Source: Potamilus streckersoni (Eukaryota). Taken from it: a stretch of DNA of 64,000 nucleotides. Below the pieces are notes generated by a model. It saw nothing but the letters and a program-made list of their open reading frames with translations. It searched no databases and was not told where the DNA came from. The DNA is taken from positions 950,104 to 1,014,103 of the forward strand of contig JAEAOA010000822.1 of assembly GCA_016746295.1 (NCBI GenBank). Direction: 5' to 3'. Below, piece by piece: positions 1 to 12,254 of the stretch. Positions within the stretch are counted from its first letter, which is position 1. Every line of letters starts with the position of its first letter. Both the position numbers and the translations under genes were made by a program.

Positions 1-212
1 GTTTAAAATATTTCTCAACTTTTCATGCAATACTTTGGGAAATGTATTGGGTAGAACACAAGTCCAAAATATTTTGACAGCAAGTGTATTTGGTAGAATA
101 TGAATTCAAAAACTCTTGACAGCAACTGTATTGTGTTGGGCACAAGTTTCTTGATAGGAAGTGTACTGGGTAGAACATGTTTAGAAACCTAATAGCATGT
201 GTACTGAGTATT

Positions 213-520
213 TGTGTGTGTGTGATTTGGATTTGTAATGTTTGCTTTAACAATTGTTTAGTCATACTGCTATTGTTGTCAGTGTTGCAGCTTATAGTGA
301 TGTCTAACACTGAGGCATCATGCCACTGACATTTAGCATGATGTCTCCAGTCACACTATCCTGACACCAGGTCAAACAGTCCTAACACTAACCTCTTAAA
401 GCTGAGAGCCAAGCAAGGCTGCTGTGAGTATCACTTTTATAAGTCTTTGACTGGGGTTTGAACTCATACCTCCCATATTTGATGCAAATTCTCTAACCAC
501 TTAGGCCACTGGAGCAGTCC
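213..520 (-). mobile_element. tRNA-derived SINE, family A, full length
   Basis: The minus strand shows a tRNA-like head GGACTGCTCCAGTGGCCTAAGTGGTTAGAG...GGTTCAAACCCCAGTC (A and B boxes) at the high-coordinate end and a (CA)n tail, seen on the plus strand as (GT)n at 211-228. Homologous copies lie at 5847-6000 and 14793-15100. Confidence 0.7.
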
Positions 521-1031
521 AGAAAACTCTTTATAGCAAGTGTAATGTGTAGAACACAAGTTCAAAAATTCTTGAAAGCAAATGTTTTGGGTAGAATGTG
601 ATGATGAAAACTCTTGATAGCAAATTTTTTAAGTACAACATGAGTTTGAAACTCTTTATAGCAAGCATAGTATGTGAACAGTGCTTCCAAGTATACTTAA
701 CTTGAAAAACATGACAAGTTCCTGAAATAAGGTGAACTGTCAATCACTAGATTGACACTTTGTAAATCTGACTAAGGTCTGTCTCTTCAATTAAGGTCAG
801 ATTCGGCTGTAATGTACAATAAACAAGGCTGCCCCTTTTAACATACATCAGTCCAAATGATATCTTATGAAACATTAACAGAAGAAAAATCTGTAGGAAT
901 CTAACAAATTTTCACCATCTTTTCTAAATATTTAAGAATTCTTATACAAAAAAATAATGCTAAACGGTGAACAGATTTAAAACAAAGAAAGGAGGATGTT
1001 AATACACCAAAACATTATCATGAAAGTGGTC

Positions 1032-1037
1032 TTTATT
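1032..1037 (-). promoter_or_regulatory. Candidate polyadenylation signal (AATAAA on the minus strand)
   Basis: Plus-strand tttatt at 1032-1037, about 170 nt downstream of the TAA of the putative terminal exon. Confidence 0.2.
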
Positions 1038-1203
1038 TGCACAAAGGATTTAAATCAACCTAATTTAACCAGCCCACTTCAAACCAACAGTAAATTTCCA
1101 TGTACATCAGTAAACAATAAAAATATTAACTTTTTAATTATAATTTCCATTAGCACACAAATTATCCAATCATGAAAAAAGGAATTATTTTTAATTCCAA
1201 AAT

Positions 1204-1309
1204 TTATATAGATAATAAAATAAATTCTCCTCCAGTGCTTTTAAGAAAATGAGATTCATCTTCATAATAAATGCTTCTGGTTGAGATCTGCACATCACCA
1301 ACAGCAATG
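1204..1309 (-). CDS. PARP4: PARP4-like putative terminal exon (vWA alpha6-betaF, then stop)
   Basis: Acceptor ttacatcattaaaag gives (S)IAVGDVQISTRSIYYEDESHFLKSTGGEFILLSI followed by TAA. The frame is exactly compatible with the phase-2 end of exon T. HFLKSTGGEFI fits the vWA alpha6-betaF motif (human NRHVLRILSQCGAGVFEYF). There is no GT between the motif and the stop, so it can only be a terminal exon. An AATAAA on the minus strand lies about 170 nt downstream (plus 1032-1037). The acceptor is weak and the C-terminus would be truncated relative to human PARP4; the alternative is that the real next exon lies beyond position 1. Confidence 0.3.
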
Positions 1310-1795
1310 CTTTTAATGATGTAATATTCTGATTTCATCATCAGAGATTATTTTTAATTGCATCAGCAAAATAGGTCTTTATAAACTGAAATATTTATCC
1401 CTTTTTTTAAAATAATTTTTTTTCAGGGAAAGTTTTAATTTTCATTAGCACACAAATTATCATTCTGTTTGAGATCTGCACATCACAAACAGCAATGATG
1501 TAATATTCTGATTTCATCATCAGAGATTATTTTTAATTGCATCAGCAAAATAGGTCTTTATAAACTAAAATATTTATCCCTTTTTTAAAAATAATTTTTT
1601 TTTCAGGGAAAGTTTTAATTTTCATTAGCACACAAATTATCATTCTGTTTGAGATCTGCACATCACAAACAGCAATGATGTAATATTCTGATTTCATCAT
1701 TAGAGATTATTTTTAATTGCATCAGTAAAATAGGTCTTTATAAACTGCAATATTTATCCCTTTTTTTAAAAATAATTATTTTTTAGATAAAAAAC
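1268..1795. repeat. 180-bp tandem repeat x~3
   Basis: The units ttcattagcacacaaattatc...tttgagatctgcacatcac...cagcaatgatgtaatattctgatttcatcat... recur at 1442 and 1622. The first unit overlaps the acceptor and 5' part of the putative terminal exon. Confidence 0.85.
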
Positions 1796-2448
1796 AAAAC
1801 TTGAAACAAACTACTTTAATTTTTTCATTCTGGGAAATAAACAATTGTTTGCTAATAAGCATACACATCTAGATACATTACTCTGGCTAGTGCATAGTGC
1901 ATGATTTGTTAAGTATGATGCAGTGCAGTGTGGAGAAATACTTTACAACCCATGACATTGTTGAATTAATGCAGAAAACAATGAGCATCTAGTGAACAAA
2001 AACACTCATCCCAGAAACCAGTTTTAAAAAATGGAGCAGATCCAATTGTTATGAAATAAACGAAAATTATTTGTTCTTGTTGTGGGTTTAAAGCCATTTC
2101 TCAGCATATAATAGGCTATAGCTTTCTCACATACCCACATTAGCCAAGCTGAGATGAAAATTTAGAATCTTAAAAGTAAGGAATATTGTTATAAAGATCC
2201 AATATTCACTCTCTAGGATTCAGATTTCTTAAAAAATTAATTAATTTTTTAAAAATATATCCCATGAATTCTCAGCTGTGATAAATATAAAAGTATTTAT
2301 TGACAACTGTAACAATCCAATCTCTGAAGATAATCATTTACTCCCAAAACCTTAAAAAAGACTGGTTTATCCTCACTATAATAGAATAATATATGTATAT
2401 ACTTCTTAATATGCACAAGGACCATGCAAATTTATAATTATCCTGTAC

Positions 2449-2636
2449 CTAACTCCAAATGTAAAGATCCTTGTGTTCTGGCAATGGCAGTGAATTTCAG
2501 CCAGAGTTATCTCCTCATTGTTCACATGACCATCTGTTATCAGGAATACATTCCTTAAACTGCTCTCTCGTTTTAAGAGATACAAGGAATGCAGTGGTCG
2601 GAGGGCTTCCGTGTTACCCATGTCGGCTTTCAAGCC
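2449..2636 (-). CDS. PARP4: PARP4-like exon T (vWA domain)
   Basis: Translation GLKADMGNTEALRPLHSLYLLKRESSLRNVFLITDGHVNNEEITLAEIHCHCQNTRIFTFGV aligns to human TPTMGNTDFWKTLRYLSLLYPARGSRNILLVSDGHLQDESLTLQLVKRSRPHTRLFACGIG. Acceptor ttgtttgttgcag, donor AG|gtacag. Phase 0 in, 2 out. This segment is locally CpG-rich. Confidence 0.8.
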
Positions 2637-4127
2637 CTGCAACAAACAACGTAGTAATGCATTGAATCACATTTGTTTTTTAATTTCATATTTATAATTA
2701 TTGCAAAACAAAACTGTTCATGGATGTTGATAGAAACTGTTTATAGCTAACTTTTCTTCATCTAAATTACTCAGTGTATCTGTTTCAGTCTAAAACATCA
2801 TTTATCAAGACCCATTGGGATATGAGATGATTGTTTTTAAATTACTGGCTGTCCAGAGAACTTGTACATTATTCAATACAAAACATGCATTTTGGAGACC
2901 AGTCATTGGTTTGCAACCGAAAAGTTCCATTCCAAGAATGGACTCATGTTCATTCTTGGAATAAATAAATTGCTGTTACATTAACATATACTTTAAATAT
3001 AAAATGAGACATACCACATGTAACAATTAAAAATATTTTACTTTTCAGTGCTTGAACTCTCATTTTTGACAATTCTTATATGTTTCTCCTATTGACTACA
3101 TATAGTGTATGTAAATAGGATATGCCTGAGGTAACTTCATGTAATGATTGCATAACAAAGTTACTTGCACAATAACATACATGAGCTAGCAACTGAGATT
3201 TGAGATTAACTCTACAAATATTTTTCTTAAAAATGTGATCTCTTCAAGGAACTTTAGCCATGAGTACCTGTGGTGCAGATAAGGAGAAAAATGTGATTTC
3301 CTAATATTTCCAATTACTACAAGACTCCTCAAACAGAAATTATTCATTGGACAACACCACTTTATGTGATTTGTTTTAATTCATCATATGGCACCATCAT
3401 GATGTGATGCCATGATTTTTTCTGAGTGTCAAGCAACTGTAATAGCAGTTTTGATATTGTGAATCATGTTTAATATATCACACTGCTATTTTACAATCAG
3501 AGAACTAGTATACTGATAGCAGTAATAAAAAACTAGAGCGCTGGATATTTGAGAAGCATTCAATGGCTTATAAATGGATTTGATTTGCTTCCATTATTGA
3601 TTTCATAAACTTCAATCTATGTACTATTTTTGACAACAAAATATTTTCTTTAATATTTGATATCCTCTCTACTGACCCAATAGTATATGACCTTTTGGCT
3701 ACGTTATAATGACCAGATCAAGGGGGTACCCTTGTTTAACAGTATAATGCTCAGTAATGTGCAGGGTAACACCTGTAGTACATGTTGAAAAAAATTATCA
3801 AACCCTAATGAACAAAAATATGTGTAGTCTGTATGCCAATCTAATGTCGAAACAATCTGCTTTATTTAACAGATCATCATTAAGTTCTGTAGTAAATAAA
3901 TTAGTGGCCCAATCTCTTAATTTAAAAGTCATGCACTGCATCTCATAATAAAATAATTTTATACCTATGTCGTAATGTATTTGAAATTAATGAACCAGCA
4001 GACCCATTATATTGACCTTTGATAATATACAAGTCTTACTGTTTCCTAAATGTCTTAATTACCTAAACAAAGTCAATTATTGTATAAAACATTAAAAACT
4101 TAAGTAATTAAGAGCAATCATGTGTAT

Positions 4128-4640
4128 GTAATTCAGAGCAATCAGGTGTTAAAGTGATTGAGAACAAGAAAGTGTTTATAATAATTAGATGTATTTAATC
4201 AAGAGCAATCAGGTGTATGTAATTTTGAGTAATCAGGTGTATGTAATTTTGAGTAATCAGGTGTATATAATTTTGAGTAATCAGGTGTATGTAATTTTGA
4301 GTAATCAGGTGTATGTAATTTTGAGTAATCAGGTGTATGTAATTTTGAGTAATCAGGTGTATATAATTTTGAGCAATCAGGTGTATATAATTTTCAGCAA
4401 TCAGGTGTATATAATGTTGAGCAATCAGGTGTATATAATTTTGAGTAATCAGGTGTATGTAATTTTGAGTAATCAGGTGTATATAATTTTGAGCAATCAG
4501 GTGTATATAATTTTGAGCAATCAGGTGTATATAATTTTGAGCAATCAGGTGTATGTAAATTTGAGTAATCAGGTGAATGTAATCAAGAACAATCAGGTGT
4601 ATGTAATTAAGAGTAATTAGGTGTATGTAATTAAATAATA
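4128..4640. repeat. 21-bp minisatellite (aatcaggtgtatgtaattttgagt) x~24
   Basis: Direct reading; it produces the spurious ORF 4189..4620. Confidence 0.9.
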
Positions 4641-4890
4641 TGCAATTCCACCAACAAGTGAATCAGACAACACATTACTATTACAAGGAAAACTCATAAA
4701 TTTTAATAAATGTCATACAATGGCCATAATGAAGAGAAACAGCTACAGTCCAAAAATGCAGTAACAGAGAAATATTACAGTGATTGATAAGCCAACATTT
4801 TTGAGAACAAGATTGTGTGAAATGTTCATTCTGAAAAGAGAAAGAAAGGAGGACAAGTTAACATAAATATACAATTCACATTTTTGTTAC

Positions 4891-4964
4891 CTGTACAAAC
4901 TTTTCAACTTTTTTAACATTCTCGGGTGTCTTGCAAACTCCTCCTGGAAAAAGCTCTCGATAAC
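4891..4964 (-). CDS. PARP4: PARP4-like exon S (vWA domain)
   Basis: Translation (G)YRELFPGGVCKTPENVKKVEKFVQ aligns to human YKELFSYPKHITSNTMAAEFIMSA. Acceptor tttttctttgttacag, donor CAG|gtaaca. Phase 1 in (from exon R), 0 out. Confidence 0.8.
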
Positions 4965-5189
4965 CTGTAACAAAGAAAAAAAGATCAAATAGAAATCTTT
5001 CTCTCAGAAATAAGCAAAGGTTTGCATCATGGTAGAAATAATGAACACTCAGAACAAGAGCAGACTTTTAATATGATAATAAACCATAAGCTGTCATGAA
5101 CAACAAAGTCACTGAGGCATAAAATATGCCTCACAGTGACCTAGTTCTGGTACTAAGTTGCAGTTTTATGGATAATACACTCCCTCACC

Positions 5190-5190
<1 letters not shown>

Positions 5191-5223
<33 letters not shown>

Positions 5224-5250
5224 GTAAAAATAATAATGATAATTTTTATT
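5191..5250. repeat. (AAT)n microsatellite
   Basis: ataataataataataataataataataata... Confidence 0.9.
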
Positions 5251-5846
5251 ATCATTCACTAAGCAATTGCTTTTCTCCCTTGAGGCTTCCTACTACAAGA
5301 CTTCTAATTCTACACTTAAATGTAAAAAAGAGAAAATGAACACACACAACAACCATAACACAAGCATGCACATACACAGATGTTTGGCAACTTCTATATA
5401 AAGAATATCATCTTGTATATGTACCTTCCATAATATCAAGATAAAGCAAAATGTGATTACATAATTAATATATGTGTGAGACCTCCTTTGAAAATTTCAC
5501 TTTGTAACCTTACATGTTTAAACATTCCTACTGTCTCTGCCAATCTTGCATAAAGAGAATTCAGTTTTATAGTACCAGTATAATGGAAGTAATTATTCAG
5601 TCTTTAGCTTAAGTAATTTCAGATCTGTATGACTAAATAATTTCAAACTGTGGATTAGGTTCTGACTAATGAAAATGAAACACGTAACTGCCTTTTTTAA
5701 TCAAAATTATACCAATTTTGTTAGGAAAAGACATGTACTCAGTGTACCTACAAGGGCATCAAATCCAATAAACTCAGTTTAAGTTGAATAATATATCTAG
5801 TGCTTGGCACAGTGCTTTCCCTTTAAGACTGAACTGTAGTCCTTAA

Positions 5847-6000
5847 TGTGTGTGTGTGTGTGATTTAGATTTTTAACGTCGCTTTAACAATTTTTCAGTC
5901 ATATCACTATAATGTCTGCAGTGTGAGAGTTTACAGTGATCTCTAGCACTGAAGCATCATGCATCAGACATGTACCATGATGTCCCACCCAGTCAACTTA
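5847..6000 (-). mobile_element. SINE family A, copy truncated to the tail-proximal half
   Basis: (GT)n followed by gatttagatttttaacgtcgctttaacaatttttcagtcatatcactat..., homologous to 213-380 and 14793-14960. Confidence 0.6.
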
Positions 6001-6002
6001 TC

Positions 6003-6112
6003 CCATGATATCTGACTTGATGTAACCCTATGATATTTTACCTGGACCAATGATTTTTGACTTGTTGCAACCCAAGATATTTGACCTGATGTAGCCCCAT
6101 GAATTTTACTTT
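6003..6112. repeat. ~27-bp tandem repeat x4 (tgatatttgacctgatgtaacccta)
   Basis: Direct reading, adjacent to the SINE-A fragment. Confidence 0.6.
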
Positions 6113-6277
6113 CAAAAAAAAAATAAGAAAGGACATCAATGTCAAAAAGGATATTATTGCTGACATTCTGGCTGAAAGAGAAGTTATACCTTGCTCTCAC
6201 TATCCAACTATGCAGTCAGGATAAATCTTTGAAATCATTTTGAAAAGTTCTGTCTTCATGCTTGAGAGTATAATACA

Positions 6278-6670
6278 TTCACTCACCAGTTCCAAACACA
6301 ATCACGTTGAAAGTCCACTGCTTGGGGATGTGGGCAAGGGTCAAAATTAGGATACATTCACTCACCAGTTCCAAACACAATCACGTTGAAAGTACACTGC
6401 TTGGGGATGTGGGCAAGGGTCAAAAGTAGGATACATTCACTCACCAGTTCCAAACACAATCATGTTGAAAGTCCACTGCTTGGGAATATGGGCAAGGATC
6501 AAAAGTAGGATACATTCACTCACCAGTTCCAAACACAATCACATTGAAAGTCCACTGCTTGGGGATGTGGGCAAGGGTCAAAAGTAGGATACATTCACTC
6601 ACCAGTTCCAAACACAATCACATTGAAAGTCCACTGCTTGGGGATGTGGGCAAGGGTCAAAAGTAGGACC
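6278..6670. repeat. 78-bp tandem array x5 duplicating the exon R 3' end plus its 5' splice site
   Basis: Each unit, on the minus strand, reads ACTTTTGACCCTTGCCCACATCCCCAAGCAGTGGACTTTCAAyGTGATTGTGTTTGGAACTG|gtgagtgaatgtatcct. The highest-coordinate copy is the real exon end; the four copies in the intron retain GTGAGT. Confidence 0.9.
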
Positions 6671-6789
6671 TTTTTGGCCTGAGTAAGGGCTGCACCCTTC
6701 ATAGAGTTGGACAAGTCCAGCAAAAAGATGACATCTGATTCTTCGTCTTGACTTGCCTCAAATTCAGGGAAAAATGACAGCATACATGC
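6603..6789 (-). CDS. PARP4: PARP4-like exon R (vWA domain, MIDAS motif)
   Basis: Translation ACMLSFFPEFEASQDEESDVIFLLDLSNSMKGAALTQAKKVLLLTLAHIPKQWTFNVIVFGT(G) aligns to human ACMLVFQPDLD...EVIICLDCSSSMEGVTFLQAKQIALHALSLVGEKQKVNIIQFGTG. Acceptor tcttgatttcag, donor ACTG|gtgagt. The 3' 68 nt and the donor are tandemly duplicated four more times inside the following intron (array 6278-6670). Confidence 0.85.
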
Positions 6790-7987
6790 CTGAAATCAAG
6801 AGATTTCATGGTTCAGATTTAAAAATGAGAAAAGACTTTTTTTAAAATAGAATACTTATATAAAATGGGTCATTTTTAGATCGAAAGCCAAAAGGTCTAA
6901 AATCCAGACAAAGACTCCAATTTTGCGCATAAAACAACTTTGTGTATGTATTTGAGATCTTTTGGTCTTAGATCTAAGTCAAGCCAGTCCAAACTGCACA
7001 GGGAGAGATAAACCTTTTGCAGCTTTAGAATTAAAAGGGGCCAGAAAACAAAATAAGTGCCTCCAATAAGAAAAAAAGTCAAATTTTCACCCTTCTGCAC
7101 ATACATGGGCAAAATAGCCAACCAAACAAATCCTGTGCACAATAAACAAGTGGAGAGTGTCCCATATACCAACTCATGACCAGACCTTCCAAAATTATAA
7201 ATTCTTGAAAGATAAAAATTCATGCAAAACAAAAATCCAGAAATAAATATGGGCAAATAAAACCTTATCTATCACAGGAACAATGAAGGGGAATTCAATT
7301 TAATAAAGCACTGTTTACTAATCCAGGTGCTAAAATTTACAAAAGGAACTTAACCAATCAAATAGCGCAAGGACTGTGGTGACAAACACACATTCAATAC
7401 AACAGGGGGAATCCTAAAAATATTTTGAAAACCAAATATGAAGAAAATTTTGACAAGCAATATAGTATACATGTAATTTATATGACATCCAAAGGAATGG
7501 GGGATAACATTCTGCATTTTGACAGTGACTCAGATGTTCTTTTATATTCTGGCACTCCAGTACTAAGGGTTGTTCTATTAAAATATATATGGGACCCTGG
7601 AAAGGCACTTTTAAAGTGTGTTACTCACCCATATATGCAATTTAGAATTTTCTGATCATTTAAATATGAAGTCTCTAAATCAAAGTATGCTAGCATATAT
7701 TTTTTAAAAAGTGCCTTACCTATGTACCATGTATGTTAAAATGAGACCGCCCTAATTGGATGAGAGAATTATTAGCTTGACAATAGACTGTAAGTCATGG
7801 AATATAAAAACAAAGCAATAGTAACAGGTGTTCTTTTACTGTTATTGAATTTTATTTTGCATCATTTTTAGAGCAACCCCAATATATAACAAGCTAATTT
7901 TCCCTTGACATCGTTAAAGATCATGGATCTGTGATCTCCACCAGATCTATCAGTCTGATATGTCTAGTCACTGATCAAAATAAATAC

Positions 7988-8125
7988 CTGGTGATCTGAA
8001 TCAGTGTCCTTTCTCTCAACCCACATACGAGGAACATGGATTTCTGCCAGACCAATCAGAAGTTGAAACCCATCTGACAGGCTCTGTCCATTGCACATTT
8101 CCACCACTGCTTTCGTCAATGTTTT
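7988..8125 (-). CDS. PARP4: PARP4-like exon Q (end of VIT)
   Basis: Translation KTLTKAVVEMCNGQSLSDGFQLLIGLAEIHVPRMWVERKDTDSDHQ aligns to human SSGFSLHIGLSAAYLPRMWVEKHPEKESE. Acceptor acattccag, donor CAG|gtattt. Confidence 0.8.
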
Positions 8126-8286
8126 CTGGAATGTTACATTGTTGTATACATCAATCATTTAATGGAGAAAGAAAAAAGAGTTCATGAACCCTTTCTAAAA
8201 CATGCACATCTAGGCCCTTAATACATGTCAATGCAAGAGCCTTTCAACACCTCTGCTGCATTTCGATGCAAGCACATTATGATATA

Positions 8287-10515
8287 CAGTGGAACCCTGC
8301 TATAACGCGCCCCACATTAACGCGAATTCGGATATAACGCGGTCATAGCATGGCTCCCGAAATTTCGTATATTCATTCACACATGGAAAATTTTTTTAAA
8401 GAAAAGTAAAAAAAAAAAACAAAAACCCCACAAGAAATTAACTTCATTTTGGGCATGAGATTAGTTGTGACTTTTAAAATAATATTTTTGTGGCATGGTT
8501 GCTGAAATTTGAAATTCATTTACGTGTATTTTTATGGGACCGTGAAAATATTTGTTTAACGTACGAGAAATAGTGTGTAAAACATTTATTATAATTTGGT
8601 GGAAGAATTTGCGTATTGCTTTTAATAATAAACGATCGGAACTTAACAATTTATCCAGGTTCTTTAAGTGATTTTGGAGAAGTGATCGTGTATGAATTCT
8701 AAAAAAAAACGATATATATAACGTACGAGAAATAGTGTACAATGCTTGGCTTCTGAAATTTATCAATTTGAACAGGTTGTGGTGAAGCTCCGTATTCTAC
8801 TCCAGAAGAGAAAACTGGTTTCAGTAGGTTTTTGAATTGTTAAGCCAAAGTAAACATTATCGGAAGTGTTACTTATTATGGATCCCTGAGTAAAGCCAGT
8901 AAATCGTCTTTGTGATTGTCTTCCGTAAATTCTGTAGACAGTCGTTGCTCAAACAATAGCCGACATGGGCTTCTTATTTAGCTGGAATCACAGCCACGCC
9001 GCAGACCAAGCGGTGGTTGATACAAGAGTCGCACAATTTAATAAATATCAAAGGACGAAAGCCGCCGACATGTATACTGTGCTTGGCATTGTGGTCAAAT
9101 AACAAACAGTTCAAAGTAAATAATATCCACTTTATTATCTGTAAATTAAAAGGGCTTCAAATTGTACATCCATTTGGCTTAATTTTGTTTTAAATAAAAA
9201 TTGATTCATAACCATTGCAGGCCTTCATTACTTAGTTATCGAGCTTTATCTGTGTACGTTGTTTGCTTATATATAATTTTTTTGTTACTGTTATGGAAAA
9301 GCAAGTTCAAAAACACAAGTCGTTTTCTGCTAAAGAGAAACTATGCCCTAGATCAACTAAAGAAGGGCAAACAAAAAACTCAGCTTAAAGACGACATACG
9401 TTTAGCAGAAGAAGCACTCAAAAAAATATGAGCACAGACATCATCATATCCTTAACTTGTATTCAGTAGATGACATCTGCCCTATATATGAACACATATC
9501 GATGACGAAATTTTTACAAATGTCAGGAGGAAGAATGAAGCTGCACAATCAAAACCTGAAACCAGTGATGATAACGATGACGATGGCACACCAACTCCCC
9601 CCACCAAAAGTGTCTGAGGCAGTAGTATATTTAGAAGCAAGTTTAAGGTGTCTGGAAACACAAGATGTTGACAGCATCAAAGTCATTTAATCAAGAAACA
9701 CTATTGACTTTGCTAGAACCCAACAGTTCGCGGCAAAGAAGCAAACGTCATTGAATATATTTTTCAAGAAATGATGAAATTTAAATTTGGGACCACACTG
9801 ACTTTGCACTTTGGGCAACGATTAATTTAGCAGTTTTCACATGCTTCTTTTGATGTTCACAAAATCTGAAATAAAAGTTATTTGCACGCTGAAATCATGC
9901 TTTGATTGTTAATTATTCTTGCAGTTGTCGCATATGATAATATTTTAGTGGTATAAAATTTGTACAGACACCATATGTAGACCCAGGAAAAGCTGCATGC
10001 AATGACCGTACGATATCAGACGGCAAGTAAATGGTTTCCATAGTTTGTTCATCCTATATTTTACACGATGAATTCAGACTATTACAAAATTATTGAATAT
10101 TTAAATCTGTACAATTTTCAATGAAATTACATCCATTTTGGATGAACTGTATGCCACGACGGCACGGTAGCATACAGTGTTGATACACTTTTCATGATAT
10201 AGCATAGTCTGGCATTATCGGTCAATCTGTATTATCGTTCAAACAAATAAAAATTAGTAAATGTTTTCAATGCACAGTAATAACCTATAAATATCTTAGC
10301 CATCGATTATTTTGAATATATCTTAATTAATGCAATCCAGTTAATATTCATCTGATGATAAGCAGTCTTTTGATCATTGTACATGTATACACGTACATGT
10401 ATATGTTCTCGGAAAAAAAAGTTAAATATTGTAAACCCCGCATTAACGCGACCCCGCTTTTAACACGATTCAATTTTATGGACCCCGATCATCGTGTTAT
10501 AGCAAGGTTCCACTG
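8287..10515. mobile_element. Non-autonomous TIR DNA transposon, Tc1/mariner-like (TA target-site duplication)
   Basis: The left end CAGTGGAACCCTGCTATAACGCG is matched by the reverse complement of the right end CAGTGGAACCTTGCTATAACACG. Both ends are flanked by TA (8285-8286 and 10516-10517). The interior is CpG-rich, with repeated (t)ataacgcg and gttaaaagcgggg motifs, and has no long ORF resembling a DDE transposase. Confidence 0.65.
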
Positions 10516-11574
10516 TATTTCTAAATTCTAAACATTTGCATTAAAAGCATGAGAAATGTGTCAGGTTATCTACAAATGATTACAAACATGCCTACAAATT
10601 TAATTTGTCTATCTCATCTGGATTTTGCTTAATTGTATTGATAAATATTCACAATTGTTTAAAAATTGAAAAACTTCATTAATTGCCTGAAAATATAACC
10701 AGGTCTCGATTTCACCAACTTACATCTCAAAGTTGAGTGTAGATTTAAGACATCTGACAGGTCAATTTTTAGTCAGACTCAAGACATCTGTTACATATAA
10801 GTCATTTAATTACTTGTGTGTTAGTTTTAAAAATTTTTTTACTTTTATTTCATTATGTTATTGTAATGATAACTTTATTCACTGAATTTGATATTCTTTC
10901 CACGGAATATTCAGTTTTCTGTTTTGACCAGATAAACACATAATTCAATTGCTTCATTTTATTTTAGCTCACTTTCATTGAGAAGTTTGTAAACACTAAG
11001 TTAAAATGATTGGTTATTACCAAGGTCATATTCAGTCCACATGTTAGCCATGTCATAAACAATGCCTTTAACAGTTTTCAAGTGTTCTTGCTAAGTTGCT
11101 CAATTGATTTTAACATTCTTCTGTTTTTTGGGATTAATGATTTATATTCTCCAGAAAACATACACAAATGCTCTCTTTCATCAATATTCTTGAATAAAGG
11201 CATTCAGTGGAAAATAAGTGCTTCTTCATCAAAGTTTTGGACAAAGACATTTACTGAAAATTATTTGGAATTCTAAAGCCAGAATATTATTCTTGATTCA
11301 CAAAATTCCAAGAGGAACTTCTGACAAATCAATACTGCATTCATCTGTCATTATTCTGCCATCTTGGAACTTCATTGGGATTTGAACTTGGATTCATTTA
11401 GGACATTTTAGTGATATGACTTATATTTTAATTATTTCATGATTAATTTTCAGATTATATTCACAACTGTAAGTTCTTTTTCATATTTTTACTGTGTTTT
11501 CTAGAGAATTAAATTATTTTTGTTAAAATTCACAAAGCTTGTTGGCTTCACTCTTTTACTTCATTGCTTTTCAT

Positions 11575-11965
11575 TAAGCCTACACATAACACATCTCAGA
11601 GGTCAATTTCGAGTCAGACTTAAGACATTTGATACGTTGATTTTAAGTCTTACTTAAGATATCTGACAGGTCAATTTTATATCAGGCTGAAAACATCTGA
11701 TAGGTCAATTTAAAGTCAGACTTGAGATATCTGATAGGTCAATCTCAAATCAGACTTGAGATATCTGAAAGGTCAATTTCAAGTCAGACTTAAAACATTT
11801 GATAGGTCAATTTTAAGATAGACTTAAGACATTGAAAGGTCAATTTTAAAGCAGATTTAAGACATCTGATAGGTCAATTTCAAGTCAGACTTAAGACATA
11901 TGATAGGCCAATTTTTATTCAGATTTAAGACATCTGATAGGTCAATTTCAAGGGAGACTTAAGAC
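11575..11965. repeat. ~40-bp tandem repeat x~10 (ggtcaatttcaagtcagacttaagacatctgata)
   Basis: Direct reading; a diverged fragment lies at 10715-10790. Confidence 0.85.
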
Positions 11966-12254
11966 ATCTGATTGGTGTAACAATGTGTCACGAGAGATAA
12001 CAAAGGCAGTGGAGCCCTTGAGCCACCAAAAGTGCCCTTATGAGGCCCTCTGGGTGGTTTGAGTTTGAGACTCCTACTCTAATTTAATAGTTTTATGCCA
12101 TTATGCTGAATGAATTCACAACACCTACAATACCAAAGTTTCACAATGTGACACTGACATAGTAAATTAATACAAAGAGTGAAATGTGATGAAGAATTTT
12201 ATGGTTAAAACTTACATATATGATAGATAATGACAGTAAAAACAAATTTCTTAC

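Noticed and set aside
2471-2665. Plus-strand ORF of 64 aa
   Set aside because: Antisense to PARP4-like exon T; the open frame follows from the coding constraint on the opposite strand.
9201-9690. ORFs inside the TIR element (76-77 aa, plus MGFLFSWNHSHAADQAVV.. at 8966)
   Set aside because: Short, with no recognisable DDE or DDD transposase motifs or HTH signature; best treated as a non-autonomous element interior.
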